This document shows, in pieces, positions 27,828 to 37,351 of a stretch of 64,000 nt of DNA. The DNA is from an uncultured virus (IMG/VR IMGVR_UViG_3300032401_000004) (Duplodnaviria > Heunggongvirae > Uroviricota > Caudoviricetes). The stretch lies in the IMG/VR virus record IMGVR_UViG_3300032401_000004. One strand, given 5' to 3'. Under the pieces are notes generated by a model that saw only the letters and a program-made list of their open reading frames with translations, searched no databases and was not told the origin of the DNA. Each line of letters begins with the position of its first letter. Positions within the stretch are counted from its first letter, which is position 1. The position numbers and the translations under genes are program-made.

Positions 27828-28070
27828 TCACGGGATGCTCTTGTTGATCTTCGTGTAATAGCCTTGGATTGCGTCGAAGCGCCTCTTCAGCTCAGGGCAG
27901 AACGCAGGTGCGGGCGGCGGCTCTCGACAGCCGTCGTCGATCACTTGGTACATGCGCAAGAGTTCCTCGCCGCTCGACTTCACAGCCGAGCGAGCATCAT
28001 CAAGCGCTACTTGGGACTCTGCGCAGCCGCAGAGCCCAAGAGCGAGGAGACCGATGCCCAGCGTGCGCAT
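27828..28070 (-). CDS. Lipoprotein (spanin-like candidate)
   Basis: Signal peptide with lipobox LCGC. Confidence 0.55.
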   Translation of the reverse strand: MRTLGIGLLALGLCGCAESQVALDDARSAVKSSGEELLRMYQVIDDGCREPPPAPAFCPELKRRFDAIQGYYTKINKSIP

Positions 28071-28073
28071 CCA

Positions 28074-28271
28074 CTACCGGCGACCGCAGGTGGCCTTGAC
28101 GAACGGATGCGAGACGTACGTCAAGCCGTTCCTCTTGCTCGTCTTCTCTTGCTTGCTGATGCAGACGAACCCTCGGCCGTGGCCCTTGGTGCTCACCTTC
28201 ACCGCGCTGGCCGGGCATCCGCAGCCCTTCCAACTTCGCTTCGCACCGCTCTTCTTTCGCTTCTTTGCCAT
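28074..28271 (-). CDS. Small basic Cys-rich peptide, paralog A
   Basis: MAKKRKK...WKGCGCP...GRGFVC...PFVKATC. Confidence 0.65.
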   Translation of the reverse strand: MAKKRKKSGAKRSWKGCGCPASAVKVSTKGHGRGFVCISKQEKTSKRNGLTYVSHPFVKATCGRR

Positions 28272-28285
28272 GACTTTCTCCTCTA

Positions 28286-28447
28286 CTACCTGTTGCAGAT
28301 AGCTTTCACGAAGGGCTTGTACTTGCGGCCCTTCTTGTTGACTTTGAAACCCGACGCCTGGCAGGTCCAGCCGCGCCCTCGATTTTTGGTCGAGATCTTC
28401 TTCGTCCCAGTCGGACAACCACAACCTGACCAGTCCTTTTTGGGCAT
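28286..28447 (-). CDS. Small basic Cys-rich peptide, paralog B (not in the ORF track)
   Basis: MPKKDWSGCGCPTGTKKISTKNRGRGWTC...PFVKAICNR aligns with paralog A. Confidence 0.7.
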   Translation of the reverse strand: MPKKDWSGCGCPTGTKKISTKNRGRGWTCQASGFKVNKKGRKYKPFVKAICNR

Positions 28448-28485
28448 TGCTTTGTAGACCTTGACGGCTAGCTTACCAGCGTGAG

Positions 28486-28947
28486 CTACAAACTGTCGAG
28501 AGAGTCCTTGACAGCCTGGCCTGGAGCTGAGCCCCCTCGCAGGTTATCGACGGCCGTGTTGGCGGCCTGCTGTGCGCGGCCGGGCGTGGTGTGCTGCAGT
28601 GCTTCGGTGCGCGCGATCTGCCTGACCGTCTGCTCGGTCAAGTAGTCCACGCGCTCACGGATGTAAGAGATGTCGGCGTGCGTCTCGGTTTGGCGTTCTT
28701 CGAGCCTCTCAGTGCGCGCCTCGATACGTTCTGTCTTGACGCGCACGGCTGCCAGATTGTTGGCCAGGGACGGGTGGGAGTCTGCGCTGATGTTGTGACG
28801 CTCACCCAGCTCTTTGATGTCCTCTTTCGACGGCAAACCCCCGTACACCCCGGCCAAGGTAAAGATGGCAGCAGCAATCAGCATGAGTGTGCCGATGCCG
28901 AGCTTCACCTTGCCGTCGAGGTTGATGGGGGGATCACTGTTGGCCAT
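28486..28947 (-). CDS. TM plus coiled-coil protein (lysis or membrane protein candidate)
   Basis: LGIGTLMLIAAAIFTLAGVY followed by heptad repeats. Confidence 0.6.
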   Translation of the reverse strand: MANSDPPINLDGKVKLGIGTLMLIAAAIFTLAGVYGGLPSKEDIKELGERHNISADSHPSLANNLAAVRVKTERIEARTERLEERQTETHADISYIRERVDYLTEQTVRQIARTEALQHTTPGRAQQAANTAVDNLRGGSAPGQAVKDSLDSL

Positions 28948-28960
28948 GTCAAAGTTGAGG

Positions 28961-29746
28961 TCAGGGCGCTGTGGGGTCGAAGGCGTTAAGCAGGTTCTCC
29001 AGCACGAACATGTAGTAAAGGTACCCTGCCGCCGCTGGAGGGAGCGCGGAAAAGACGATCCTGTAGGAGATGTCGGGGCTCGACACCGCTGACGGATTTG
29101 CATCTACCTCCGCTCCCGGAAGGAGGACGTAGGGGTTGGAGGGATCTGGAACCACGTACCCGTCCGCCAGCACGGTGAAGGCATTGTATGTCAACGGCAC
29201 TGAGCTGAAGTTGACCACGCCAAAAACAGCAGCAAAGGAGGATGCTCCAGGAGGTGCCGCAAAAGCCAGGACGGAGCTTTCCACTTTTCCGCGCAAGGAC
29301 GTTGCGAACGACTCCACCAGCGACTGGGCTACTGCGATGTAGTGCGCGCCGCTTCCTGCTGAAAAGCTGCCTGCAGTCACACGCAGCAGCACTTTCTCTC
29401 CGCCCCCCAGTAGTTGCCCCACAAGGTCTGAGGCGTTCATGCTGGCGCTGGTGCCAGAGGCGATGGCGGCTGCGGTGTCCACCACCAGTTCGCTGCCGAA
29501 AGGATCCACGAACACGAGAGCCACACTCAGAGGGGCCCCGGTGTCGTTGAACACCGTAACCGCATCAATACTTCCGAAAAAACTGCTAGATCCAGCAGTC
29601 ACCAGTGAGCCTTTTTCTTCCGGGCCCACAACCAGTAAGGTGTCCGCCTGTGTGATTTTTTTGCCCGTCAGGTTCGCGTTCTCGATGAAGAGGAACGGAG
29701 GGTAGTTCTTGCCAGCGCGGACTTGAAGTTGTTGGTTTCCAGACAT
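28961..29746 (-). CDS. Beta-rich virion protein, paralog of 59546-60319
   Basis: Shared LQ.RAG.N...TGK...D.LL..GP.E N-terminus. Confidence 0.6.
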   Translation of the reverse strand: MSGNQQLQVRAGKNYPPFLFIENANLTGKKITQADTLLVVGPEEKGSLVTAGSSSFFGSIDAVTVFNDTGAPLSVALVFVDPFGSELVVDTAAAIASGTSASMNASDLVGQLLGGGEKVLLRVTAGSFSAGSGAHYIAVAQSLVESFATSLRGKVESSVLAFAAPPGASSFAAVFGVVNFSSVPLTYNAFTVLADGYVVPDPSNPYVLLPGAEVDANPSAVSSPDISYRIVFSALPPAAAGYLYYMFVLENLLNAFDPTAP

Positions 29747-29755
29747 ACTCGTCTC

Positions 29756-30067
29756 CTATTCCTGCAACGGTGGAAGCTGTGGGGGGTTCATCGGCTCTTG
29801 CAGTTTGCGCAGGAGCCAGAGGGTTAAAGGGTATGCCGGTCCAGCCGCTAGCACGAGCTGCGTCTGGTGCTGCCCTTGTGCGAGGCTCAGGGCGAGCACG
29901 CCAGTCGTCCAGAAGCCCATGCAGGTGTCACAGGCCCACGGCTTCTGACGGCGCATGATGGCGCGGTGCACTGGCGGCAGAGCCCGCAGAGCCAGGACCA
30001 CACCCGCAGCCGTCGCGCCCAGGAAGAGCGACCACATGAGAAAGCTGCTGAGGTCTTGGAAGAGCAT
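29756..30067 (-). CDS. Membrane protein with CxxC-W motif (DUF1360-like)
   Basis: WACDTCMGFW between TM segments. Confidence 0.55.
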   Translation of the reverse strand: MLFQDLSSFLMWSLFLGATAAGVVLALRALPPVHRAIMRRQKPWACDTCMGFWTTGVLALSLAQGQHQTQLVLAAGPAYPLTLWLLRKLQEPMNPPQLPPLQE

Positions 30068-30195
30068 CCAGAATCAATCCTACAGGGGACAAACAACTTT
30101 CGTAACTGCGGGGCTCAGCGGTTTATCGAGCCGCTGCCCCGCGCCGGTCTACTCATGCCCACGGTCGAAAGCCCGTGTGAGTCCCCCGAAAGTTT

Positions 30196-30360
30196 TCAAG
30201 GCCAGGCATGCGCTCCTCGCGATCCGCCTTTGCGGATCTCACTCCAGAGGGCCCACAGCCCGAGACCCAGCACAACAAGAGCCACGCCCCCGGTCTGGGT
30301 GACACCCCCGGCCGAAGGCGTGGACTCTGCGAGCCCTGCAAACGGTGCGTTGTGGGCCAT
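30196..30360 (-). CDS. Small membrane protein (FAGLAE motif before TM)
   Basis: VALVVLGLGLWALW. Confidence 0.5.
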   Translation of the reverse strand: MAHNAPFAGLAESTPSAGGVTQTGGVALVVLGLGLWALWSEIRKGGSRGAHAWP

Positions 30361-30438
30361 AGCCCGAGTCGTCGTCCAGCTGGTGGATTCGAGTGACATT
30401 AACAGCTCCTCTTGGCCAGGCGAAACGACGACTCTGAG

Positions 30439-30531
30439 CTACCGACGCTTGCGGGCGCGCTTGTTCTTCAAGCAGCGACCGGTGCGCTTGTTCACGCCGT
30501 GTTTGCAGTGCAGTTTGCTTTTCTTTCGCAT
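30439..30531 (-). CDS. 30-aa protamine-like peptide (not in the ORF track)
   Basis: AGGAGA RBS. MRKKSKLHCKHGVNKRTGRCLKNKRARKRR. Confidence 0.6.
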   Translation of the reverse strand: MRKKSKLHCKHGVNKRTGRCLKNKRARKRR

Positions 30532-30609
30532 GACGTTCTCTCCTCAAGGGGACAGGAATAGCTCCTGCCCGGTTAGCGTAACCTCAACTGAGGCCCTGTG
30601 TAAACCCTG

Positions 30610-30810
30610 TCAATCATCGTACGTGCAGGGGCAGTCGTCGGTGAACTCCAGCTCAGCCTTACCCCCCTTGCTGCGCACCGTGATGTACTTCTTGGCCGAG
30701 GGCACGAAGTACACGTGACGTTTGGCGTTGGAGTATTCGGGCAGCGACTGAGCACGGTAAGCGCGCAAGTGACTTTGCAGATCTTCGAACGGGATGAGGA
30801 CGGATTCCAT
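30610..30810 (-). CDS. Small hypothetical protein
   Basis: RBS present; in the operon. Confidence 0.6.
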   Translation of the reverse strand: MESVLIPFEDLQSHLRAYRAQSLPEYSNAKRHVYFVPSAKKYITVRSKGGKAELEFTDDCPCTYDD

Positions 30811-30822
30811 GGCGGTGGGCTC

Positions 30823-32034
30823 CTAAAACTTTGTAGGGCGTGAAGCAGATATTTGACGCGCGAAGATGTCCAACTGTTGCGCCCAGGGCGACAGTCCGGG
30901 GAGGGGCTCTTGAGGTGACACAGACTGCGGTGTTGCTACTTGCGCTTGCAGCTTTGCGATCTGTTGTTGCAGGGCTCTTGCTTGCGCGCTCGACTGCTTT
31001 CGGAACTGCGCGGCCTGATGGGCGAGCAGCTTCGTCAACTGCGCGGCCTGCTTGCGGCTGCGTTCACGCTCGTCCCGCAAGCTTTTGGCAGAGGGTTTAG
31101 AAGCCTTGATCTGTGCTGTGATGCGCTTCTCTGTGGCTGCTAGCCGCGCTTGATCTGCTGAGCGCTCCTGCTTGTGCTGCTTGATGTCAGCCAGCGCAAT
31201 CTCCAAAGCTGTTTTGGCGCGTTGCGTCGCCACGGCTTTCGCTTCCACCCCGGACATGGCCGCTAGAAAACGCCCGGACATGCGCGCCGAAGAGAGCACG
31301 AGACGCGCGTTCTTGCGACCTGCGTCTGTTGGCGAAAAAACTGTGTTCGCCACTTTATCCCCGTACGCAACTTCCCCAGGAGAGAGTTTCTTGAACTTTC
31401 CAGAGCGGAAACCCCACCGCTCTCGTTTGCCTCCGGGAACACCTTTCGTGACCGAGATCACACCGCGATGGAACAAGGTTGACCACTTGACGAGGTTCTT
31501 CTTCCACTGATGCTCTTTGCCGAGCACCTCTGTATCTAGACCGTGCGTGTGCGCAAACTGCAGGGCCCGGATCAGGTCGTCGCGCGAGCGTTTGGCATCA
31601 CGTTCAGTGGGGGAGGTGCTGAGCGCGTCCGCGATGCCTCCGACCACAGTCTCTGAAATGAACCCACCCACCGCGCCACCCAGCGGTCCTGCCAACAGGG
31701 TCCCGATGGCTGTGCCCGCAACACCGGAGATCTTGCCTACGGCCGAAGGTTCGATACCTAACGCTGACATGAGCGGACCTTTGACCAAGTCCGAGATCTG
31801 CCCTGCGGGGCCTGCGAGCTGACTCAAAGCCGCTTGTGCCGCGCCCGCAGCCTGCTGCAGCTTGTCCTCGACACTGCCTTTTCCGGACAAGATGCCTTGC
31901 GCGAAGTTGAAAGCCTCGGGGGGCAACCCACTCTGCGCGATGGCTTTCTGGATCGGATCCCCGACACCGCTTGCTTTTACCAAAGCGGACATCGGAGACC
32001 CGGCCAGCGCCTCGCCCGTCAGGATCTCCAGCAT
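30823..32034 (-). CDS. Gly/Ala-rich and coiled-coil virion protein (possible DNA-delivery or membrane protein)
   Basis: Glycine-zipper-like segment AGPLGGAVGG and a basic coiled-coil tail. Confidence 0.65.
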   Translation of the reverse strand: MLEILTGEALAGSPMSALVKASGVGDPIQKAIAQSGLPPEAFNFAQGILSGKGSVEDKLQQAAGAAQAALSQLAGPAGQISDLVKGPLMSALGIEPSAVGKISGVAGTAIGTLLAGPLGGAVGGFISETVVGGIADALSTSPTERDAKRSRDDLIRALQFAHTHGLDTEVLGKEHQWKKNLVKWSTLFHRGVISVTKGVPGGKRERWGFRSGKFKKLSPGEVAYGDKVANTVFSPTDAGRKNARLVLSSARMSGRFLAAMSGVEAKAVATQRAKTALEIALADIKQHKQERSADQARLAATEKRITAQIKASKPSAKSLRDERERSRKQAAQLTKLLAHQAAQFRKQSSAQARALQQQIAKLQAQVATPQSVSPQEPLPGLSPWAQQLDIFARQISASRPTKF

Positions 32035-32046
32035 GTCCTCTAGGCC

Positions 32047-32838
32047 TTACGCAACGCGGGTGATCGACATCGACGTGGGCATGCCGAACTTCGGAGTCTT
32101 GTTGGGGAACAGGATGTTGCGTCGCAAACCACGCAGCGAGCGGATCGTGCGGCCGATGGCGTTGGCCCGGCCGATGTCTCCCGACCTGCGAGCCTGCAGC
32201 GCGATGCGCTTGAGGTTCTTGAGCTTGGACTGAGAAGCCAAGCGATCGAACACCGCACATTGGTTGGCGAACAGCCGCGTCTTGAACGCAGCGTCGGACA
32301 CGCCGTCGAGCGGCTCGGAGAGTGCAAGCTCAGCCAAACCAGCGTTGCTGGGGGTCAGCGGCAGGTCTCCGGGCCAGCTGGAGCCGCCCGAGTAGTTCGC
32401 GCCTGCGCTCGCGTCAATGACGGGACCACGGTTGTAGTAGCCGGGGATGTTGCGGCTGTTCTCGCCTTCCAGAGAACCGATGGAACTGCCGTAGTGCTTG
32501 TCGATGTCCTCGACGCGATGCCCGTCGTACATGCCGTCGCGGCCTGCTAGGCCAGAGCTGCTCGGAGTCAGCGGCAGGTCACCCGGCCAGCTCGAACCCC
32601 CGGAGTAGTTCGCGCCCGCCGATGCGTCGATGACGTTCATCTTCTCGTAGTACGTGAGCAGATCTTCATCCGCATCCGCGAGACCCGAGTTGCTCGGCGT
32701 GAGCGGCAGGTCGCCCGGCCAGCTCGAACCTCCCGAGTAGTTGGCTCCCGCCGAAGCGTCGATCACATTCCTACGTTGGTAGTACGTCGGAATGTCTCCG
32801 AGGCCATCCAAAACCGCAATCTCTTCACCGAATCGCAT
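32047..32838 (-). CDS. Polyprotein-like protein with three near-identical ~30-aa repeats
   Basis: VIDASAGANYSGGSSWPGDLPLTPS(N/S)(S/A)GLA three times. Confidence 0.85.
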   Translation of the reverse strand: MRFGEEIAVLDGLGDIPTYYQRRNVIDASAGANYSGGSSWPGDLPLTPSNSGLADADEDLLTYYEKMNVIDASAGANYSGGSSWPGDLPLTPSSSGLAGRDGMYDGHRVEDIDKHYGSSIGSLEGENSRNIPGYYNRGPVIDASAGANYSGGSSWPGDLPLTPSNAGLAELALSEPLDGVSDAAFKTRLFANQCAVFDRLASQSKLKNLKRIALQARRSGDIGRANAIGRTIRSLRGLRRNILFPNKTPKFGMPTSMSITRVA

Positions 32839-35800
32839 GCTGACCTCCAGAGTTTCTGTTTCTCAAATATAAAGCCAGACCGCCCAGGCCCACAACCCCC
32901 AGGATGGTCATTGTTTTCCAGTCGGTTCCGGTGGGTTTGTCCAGCTGCTTGCGCTGTTCCACCGTGAGCTTGCCCTCAGTCACGTACTTGTCCAGTTGAG
33001 CGTCTCGGTCAGCGAGCGTCTGAGTCTCGCTGGTGAGCGCATCCCCGACACCCTTGACGACAATGCCTGTTGTGGCTGCCGTCCGCACCACAGGCAATCG
33101 AAGCAGTGTGAGCAGCCCCGTCCACGTTGCGCCTGCAAACCTGGCGATCCATGGAGCCGCCACCTCGACTGCTTGCACCGCCTGTCCGAGGCCTTGGAGC
33201 GCCGCAGCGGGCGACGTCGAGAGCGGTGCCTTCAAAAAGTCCACCATCTCGGTAGAGGTAGACGCCAGTTCCCCCAAGTAGGCTTCCAGACTGGACACCC
33301 CTGCTGCCGGGGAGGCTCCTGCACCTGCCGCGTCCACCGCTTGAGCCACCGAAGGCAACGCGATGATCTGCGCGGTGCGCAGCTTCACGCGCTCGGCGGC
33401 CGTGAGCCAGGCCTCAAAGGCTTGCTCTACCTCCGGGGCGATTGTGCCCCCGGTAGCGACGGCTGCCTGCATGGTCTGGATGTACCGGGGACCTTTAGAA
33501 CCCAGCGACTGTAGAGCCGCCACCAGACCATCCCAGACCGCGCCAGGATCGGTCGGTGCGCCCGGTGAAGGCTCTGGAGTCGTACCGCCACCGCCAGGGG
33601 TTTCCCCTCCAGCCCCGCCACCACCGGACGCACCGCCGCCACTGCCACCACCGCCGCCACTGTCAGGAGCACCGCCGCCACTGCCACCACCACCACCACC
33701 ACCGCTGGGCGTGGAGGAGCCATCCCCGCCTCCGGGGATGCGCTGATCTGAAGTACCGCCGCCGGTTGTACCGCCGCCAGTTGTACCGCCACCCTCTGTG
33801 GGCCGTTCCAACCAGAGCTTCTGCCCGGTGACGATGGTCGCCTCATCCCCTGGCATCACGCGCACCGTGGTGTTGTCAGGGCTGACGAGCTTAGGGAACG
33901 CCATGGTCCAGATGGGCGCGAGCGTCGCGGAAGGCACGAAGACCTTCAAGAAGGCCTCCTGTGTCGTGGGGTCCCACGTTCCGCTCAAGCTAACCTGTGG
34001 GATCTCCGGGCGCTTCCTGCGCACAATGTCCAAGGTGCGCTGTACCGCGAGCACAGGCACGACCACGGTGGCCACCTTGAGCAGCGCTGTCACGTCCGCT
34101 TGATCTTTTGGAGTCTCAGGCTTCGGAGCGGGCGCGCTCTTCGCCGCTTCACGCAGCATTGCGACGAACGCCTTCGGCAGCTTCACGGAGCTGGCCGACT
34201 TTTTCGCGGACACCACGATGATCTTCACCGTGCTGCCACCGGGCTGCTTGTTGAGCCACGTGCGCAGCGCTTGCTCTGTGTTGCGCCCCCAAGTGCTGTC
34301 CACCTTGAGCTTGCTCTTGGTCAGCGTGTTGAGGCCCTGCTGCACCGTGTTCGCGGCGATCTCTTCGACGTCGAGCACCGACGGCTTGTCTGGCTGCTTC
34401 ACAGCCTCGTTCTTGAGGGCGTTGTAGGTGTCAGAAACGACCGATGCCTTGAGCGCGTTCAACGTCCCTGTCACGCCTGCATTGAGTTTGCGCGCTGTGG
34501 CGACGGTTTCCCACGCCTTCTGCGTCGAGGGCCCAAACTTTTTATCCAGTGTGCCTTTGGTCTTCGGCACGCCCAGGCGATGCACGATGTCCTGCATCTC
34601 GGCGACGAGAATCTCAACAGATCCCGAAGGCACATCCTTCTTCTTCTCGGGCTCTGGCTTGCCGCCAGCTGCGGCGTCCGCTGCGGCACTGAGCGCTGCA
34701 ACGGTCGCAGGATCTACTGCAGCCGTGCCTGTCTGATATGCGACGAACTTGGGGTTGAGCTTGCGAGAGCGCGATGAGACCCCCCAAGCGTGCGCGAGCG
34801 TAGGCGTGAACGTACCGCTCTTGGGTAGTTTCTTTGTGGTCCAGCCAAGCTTGTAGAGGATGTCGAACGCCAGAACGATCGGGATGATCGGCGTATCTGT
34901 GTTTTTGCTTGGCTTGGCAGGAGTCTCAGGGGTCTCAGGCGTCTTCTTCTGCTCTGGGGTCTTCGGCTGCTTGGCCTTCATCGCCTCTTCGAGCATCGTG
35001 ACGTAGGCGCTCGCATTCAAGCGCGCCGTCTTGCCGTCCACACGCACGAACGTCGAGTCAAGCTTGCGGCCCTTCGTCGAAGTTTCCCACGCCCCTTGCG
35101 TCTTGGGGCCGAAGAGTCCGAAGTCACGCGAGCCAGGACGCGGGATAGTCGAGGACTTCCAGCCGAGCTTAATGAGGAGGTTCTGGACATCGGCCACCGA
35201 CTTATCTACGAGGTCCGCACTGGGCGCGGGCTTCTTGTCATCCTTCACCTTTTTGTCGGTGATGGTGTTGTCCTTCACCGGCTGCACGCCGCTCTTGGCG
35301 GCATCGGCGGCGATCTGATCGTACGTGGCCTGCGAGACGCGGGCCGTCTTGCCGTCCACGCGATCAAAGGCTACGGGCAAGTGACGGTTGGCCGCAGACA
35401 CGGCCCAGGCGTGAGAGGTCTGCTTGCCGTACGCGCCGTCGCGCGTGAGCTTCTTCGTCGTCCAGCCGACGCCGTAGAGCAGATCCTGCAACTCCAGCAC
35501 GGTCTTGACGACCGAGCCCGGCACGATCACGTCCTTGGCAGGAGCGCCCACCGACACGACGTTGCCGCGTGCTGCAGCTTGCATCGCGTCGAACGTCGCG
35601 TGGTCCACGTACACAGAATCGGAGTACTCGGCGGCCTTCAGCACCGGGTTGAGCTTGCGCGTGGTGGCCGAGATGCCCCAGGCCTTGGCGAGCATGGGCG
35701 TGTACACACCGGAACGCGGCAGCTTCTTGGTCGTCCAGCCCAGGCCGTACAGGATGTCAAAAGCATCTTTCACGGCGTGCGTGGCGAGCATGCCTGTGGG

Positions 35801-36187
35801 CGTGGTGGCAGGTGCGGCCGTCTGCGCAGGACGCACGACGGCCGCAGGTTGCGCAGCTTGAGGCTGCGCACCGCCAGAAAGAGCAGCGAGCGTAGCCGGG
35901 TCCACGAACGCCTCGGTGGCGCTCGCACGGTTGAACGTAGGGTTCAACTTGCGGCTCTGCGATGATGTGCCCCATGCGCCTGCGGTCTTCGGGCCGAAGA
36001 GCCCAAAGTCCTTGCTGCCTGGACGCGGGATGGTCGTGGCCTTCCAGCCGAGACCGATCAGGATGTTCTGGAGATCCGCGACAGTGCGGCGCACAAGGCC
36101 GCTCTGCACCGGAGAGTTTGATGTGGCAGCGAAGTCGCCGAGCGCGAACTCTTCCAGGTACTCATGGATGTTGTTGCCAAAGGACAT
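32825..36187 (-). CDS. Large membrane-anchored protein with about 8 peptidoglycan-binding-like repeats
   Basis: Repeats V..(L/V)Q..L..LG.....G.FG..T..AW, a Gly linker and a C-terminal TM. Confidence 0.75.
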   Translation of the reverse strand: MSFGNNIHEYLEEFALGDFAATSNSPVQSGLVRRTVADLQNILIGLGWKATTIPRPGSKDFGLFGPKTAGAWGTSSQSRKLNPTFNRASATEAFVDPATLAALSGGAQPQAAQPAAVVRPAQTAAPATTPTGMLATHAVKDAFDILYGLGWTTKKLPRSGVYTPMLAKAWGISATTRKLNPVLKAAEYSDSVYVDHATFDAMQAAARGNVVSVGAPAKDVIVPGSVVKTVLELQDLLYGVGWTTKKLTRDGAYGKQTSHAWAVSAANRHLPVAFDRVDGKTARVSQATYDQIAADAAKSGVQPVKDNTITDKKVKDDKKPAPSADLVDKSVADVQNLLIKLGWKSSTIPRPGSRDFGLFGPKTQGAWETSTKGRKLDSTFVRVDGKTARLNASAYVTMLEEAMKAKQPKTPEQKKTPETPETPAKPSKNTDTPIIPIVLAFDILYKLGWTTKKLPKSGTFTPTLAHAWGVSSRSRKLNPKFVAYQTGTAAVDPATVAALSAAADAAAGGKPEPEKKKDVPSGSVEILVAEMQDIVHRLGVPKTKGTLDKKFGPSTQKAWETVATARKLNAGVTGTLNALKASVVSDTYNALKNEAVKQPDKPSVLDVEEIAANTVQQGLNTLTKSKLKVDSTWGRNTEQALRTWLNKQPGGSTVKIIVVSAKKSASSVKLPKAFVAMLREAAKSAPAPKPETPKDQADVTALLKVATVVVPVLAVQRTLDIVRRKRPEIPQVSLSGTWDPTTQEAFLKVFVPSATLAPIWTMAFPKLVSPDNTTVRVMPGDEATIVTGQKLWLERPTEGGGTTGGGTTGGGTSDQRIPGGGDGSSTPSGGGGGGGSGGGAPDSGGGGGSGGGASGGGGAGGETPGGGGTTPEPSPGAPTDPGAVWDGLVAALQSLGSKGPRYIQTMQAAVATGGTIAPEVEQAFEAWLTAAERVKLRTAQIIALPSVAQAVDAAGAGASPAAGVSSLEAYLGELASTSTEMVDFLKAPLSTSPAAALQGLGQAVQAVEVAAPWIARFAGATWTGLLTLLRLPVVRTAATTGIVVKGVGDALTSETQTLADRDAQLDKYVTEGKLTVEQRKQLDKPTGTDWKTMTILGVVGLGGLALYLRNRNSGGQHAIR

Positions 36188-36597
36188 CAGACCACCACCG
36201 AGGCCACAACGACCGACACATCGTTCGCCAGAGGCGCAAAGAGCGCATCGCTCACAGCCTGCGCGTAGAGTGCGTCATCAGGCAGGAGCACGCCCTGGTA
36301 CCGCTGCGTGGGGTTCAAGAGAATCTGGAACCCGTTCTGGCCTGCGGTCTCCGATGAGGAGAACGAGAAGTACGCTCCGCTGCCGGGCAACACCGCGAGC
36401 GTGGACTGCGGCAGCCAGATCTCGAAGTACATGACTTCGAGACCCGACACCTGATCGACCAGGCGCAGCGCCTCATTGATGGGCACGCGCTTGACGCTGC
36501 GACGTCCGTGCGCAATCCGGCGCGGCCCGACGATGGAGGCGAAGTACGCCCGCATGCTCAGGTTGCCCGCGCCAGGATCTTTGTTGAAGTCGAACAC
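36187..36597 (-). CDS. Small beta-rich virion protein
   Basis: In the capsid-like cluster. Confidence 0.6.
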   Translation of the reverse strand: MFDFNKDPGAGNLSMRAYFASIVGPRRIAHGRRSVKRVPINEALRLVDQVSGLEVMYFEIWLPQSTLAVLPGSGAYFSFSSSETAGQNGFQILLNPTQRYQGVLLPDDALYAQAVSDALFAPLANDVSVVVASVVV

Positions 36598-36638
36598 GAG
36601 TCACCTTTCAGGGTTTGAGGGCGTTCGCCCCCTCGTGT

Positions 36639-37244
36639 TCAGCGCTCTGGAGCACAGGCGACGTAGTCGCCTTCGATCTGGATGCCGAACTCCTTGGAAG
36701 CGCCGACGAGGGCAACCCAGCGTTGCGTGTCGATGGACCACTCGGTGGAGAGGTCGGTGCCGGGCACCGTGATGTACACGCCGTCCCACTCGGCAATGCC
36801 GCCCGCGCCGTTGCGGATCAGCTGAGCCATGTTGATGGGGCGCTTGAAGATCTCGAAGTTGCGGCCCTCTTCACGGACCTGGACGCCCACGAGGAACGCC
36901 GCGTTGCCGATGAAGTCAGGGTCCATGGCGAAGCCGATGATGCGGCGGATCGCGAAGTTGTAGCGGCTGATGAGCGAGACCTTGTCGCTCTCAAACGTGA
37001 TGTTACCCAGCGGGTCAATCTGCACGCGGTACGAGAGGCTCTCGATGCGCATGTCCTCGGGAGCAATCGCGCCTGACGCGAGGTCCGAGTAGTACTGCAC
37101 GATCGGGCCAGGTGGCACCGGTTGCGAGCCATCCGGCTCGGGCATGTCAGCTTGCGGCACGTTGGCCGGGACGCCCAGCCTGGGAGCACCCGCTGGCGCG
37201 ATGCCAGGCGTGCGACGGTAACGAGCGAGGTTGGGCTGAGCCAT
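36639..37244 (-). CDS. Putative jelly-roll capsid protein (second or minor)
   Basis: Alternating beta-strand pattern and size; adjacent to the MCP candidate. Confidence 0.45.
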   Translation of the reverse strand: MAQPNLARYRRTPGIAPAGAPRLGVPANVPQADMPEPDGSQPVPPGPIVQYYSDLASGAIAPEDMRIESLSYRVQIDPLGNITFESDKVSLISRYNFAIRRIIGFAMDPDFIGNAAFLVGVQVREEGRNFEIFKRPINMAQLIRNGAGGIAEWDGVYITVPGTDLSTEWSIDTQRWVALVGASKEFGIQIEGDYVACAPER

Positions 37245-37301
37245 GGAATCTCCGTCAAGCGGTGAGAAGGTGACGTAGCAGAGAAGCTGAAAGGCGCGGA
37301 C

Positions 37302-37333
37302 GCCTCGGCAAGCAGTACACCGCTCGCCGAGGC
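37302..37333. terminator. GC-rich stem-loop downstream of the MCP candidate
   Basis: GCCTCGGC...GCCGAGGC inverted repeat. Confidence 0.35.
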
Positions 37334-37351
37334 ATCGACACGCGAGCGCGA

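Noticed and set aside
28430..28450. Possible frameshift at the start of the basic peptide gene
   Set aside because: The T-run is five long, so ATG CCC AAA AAG GAC is in frame and the gene is intact.
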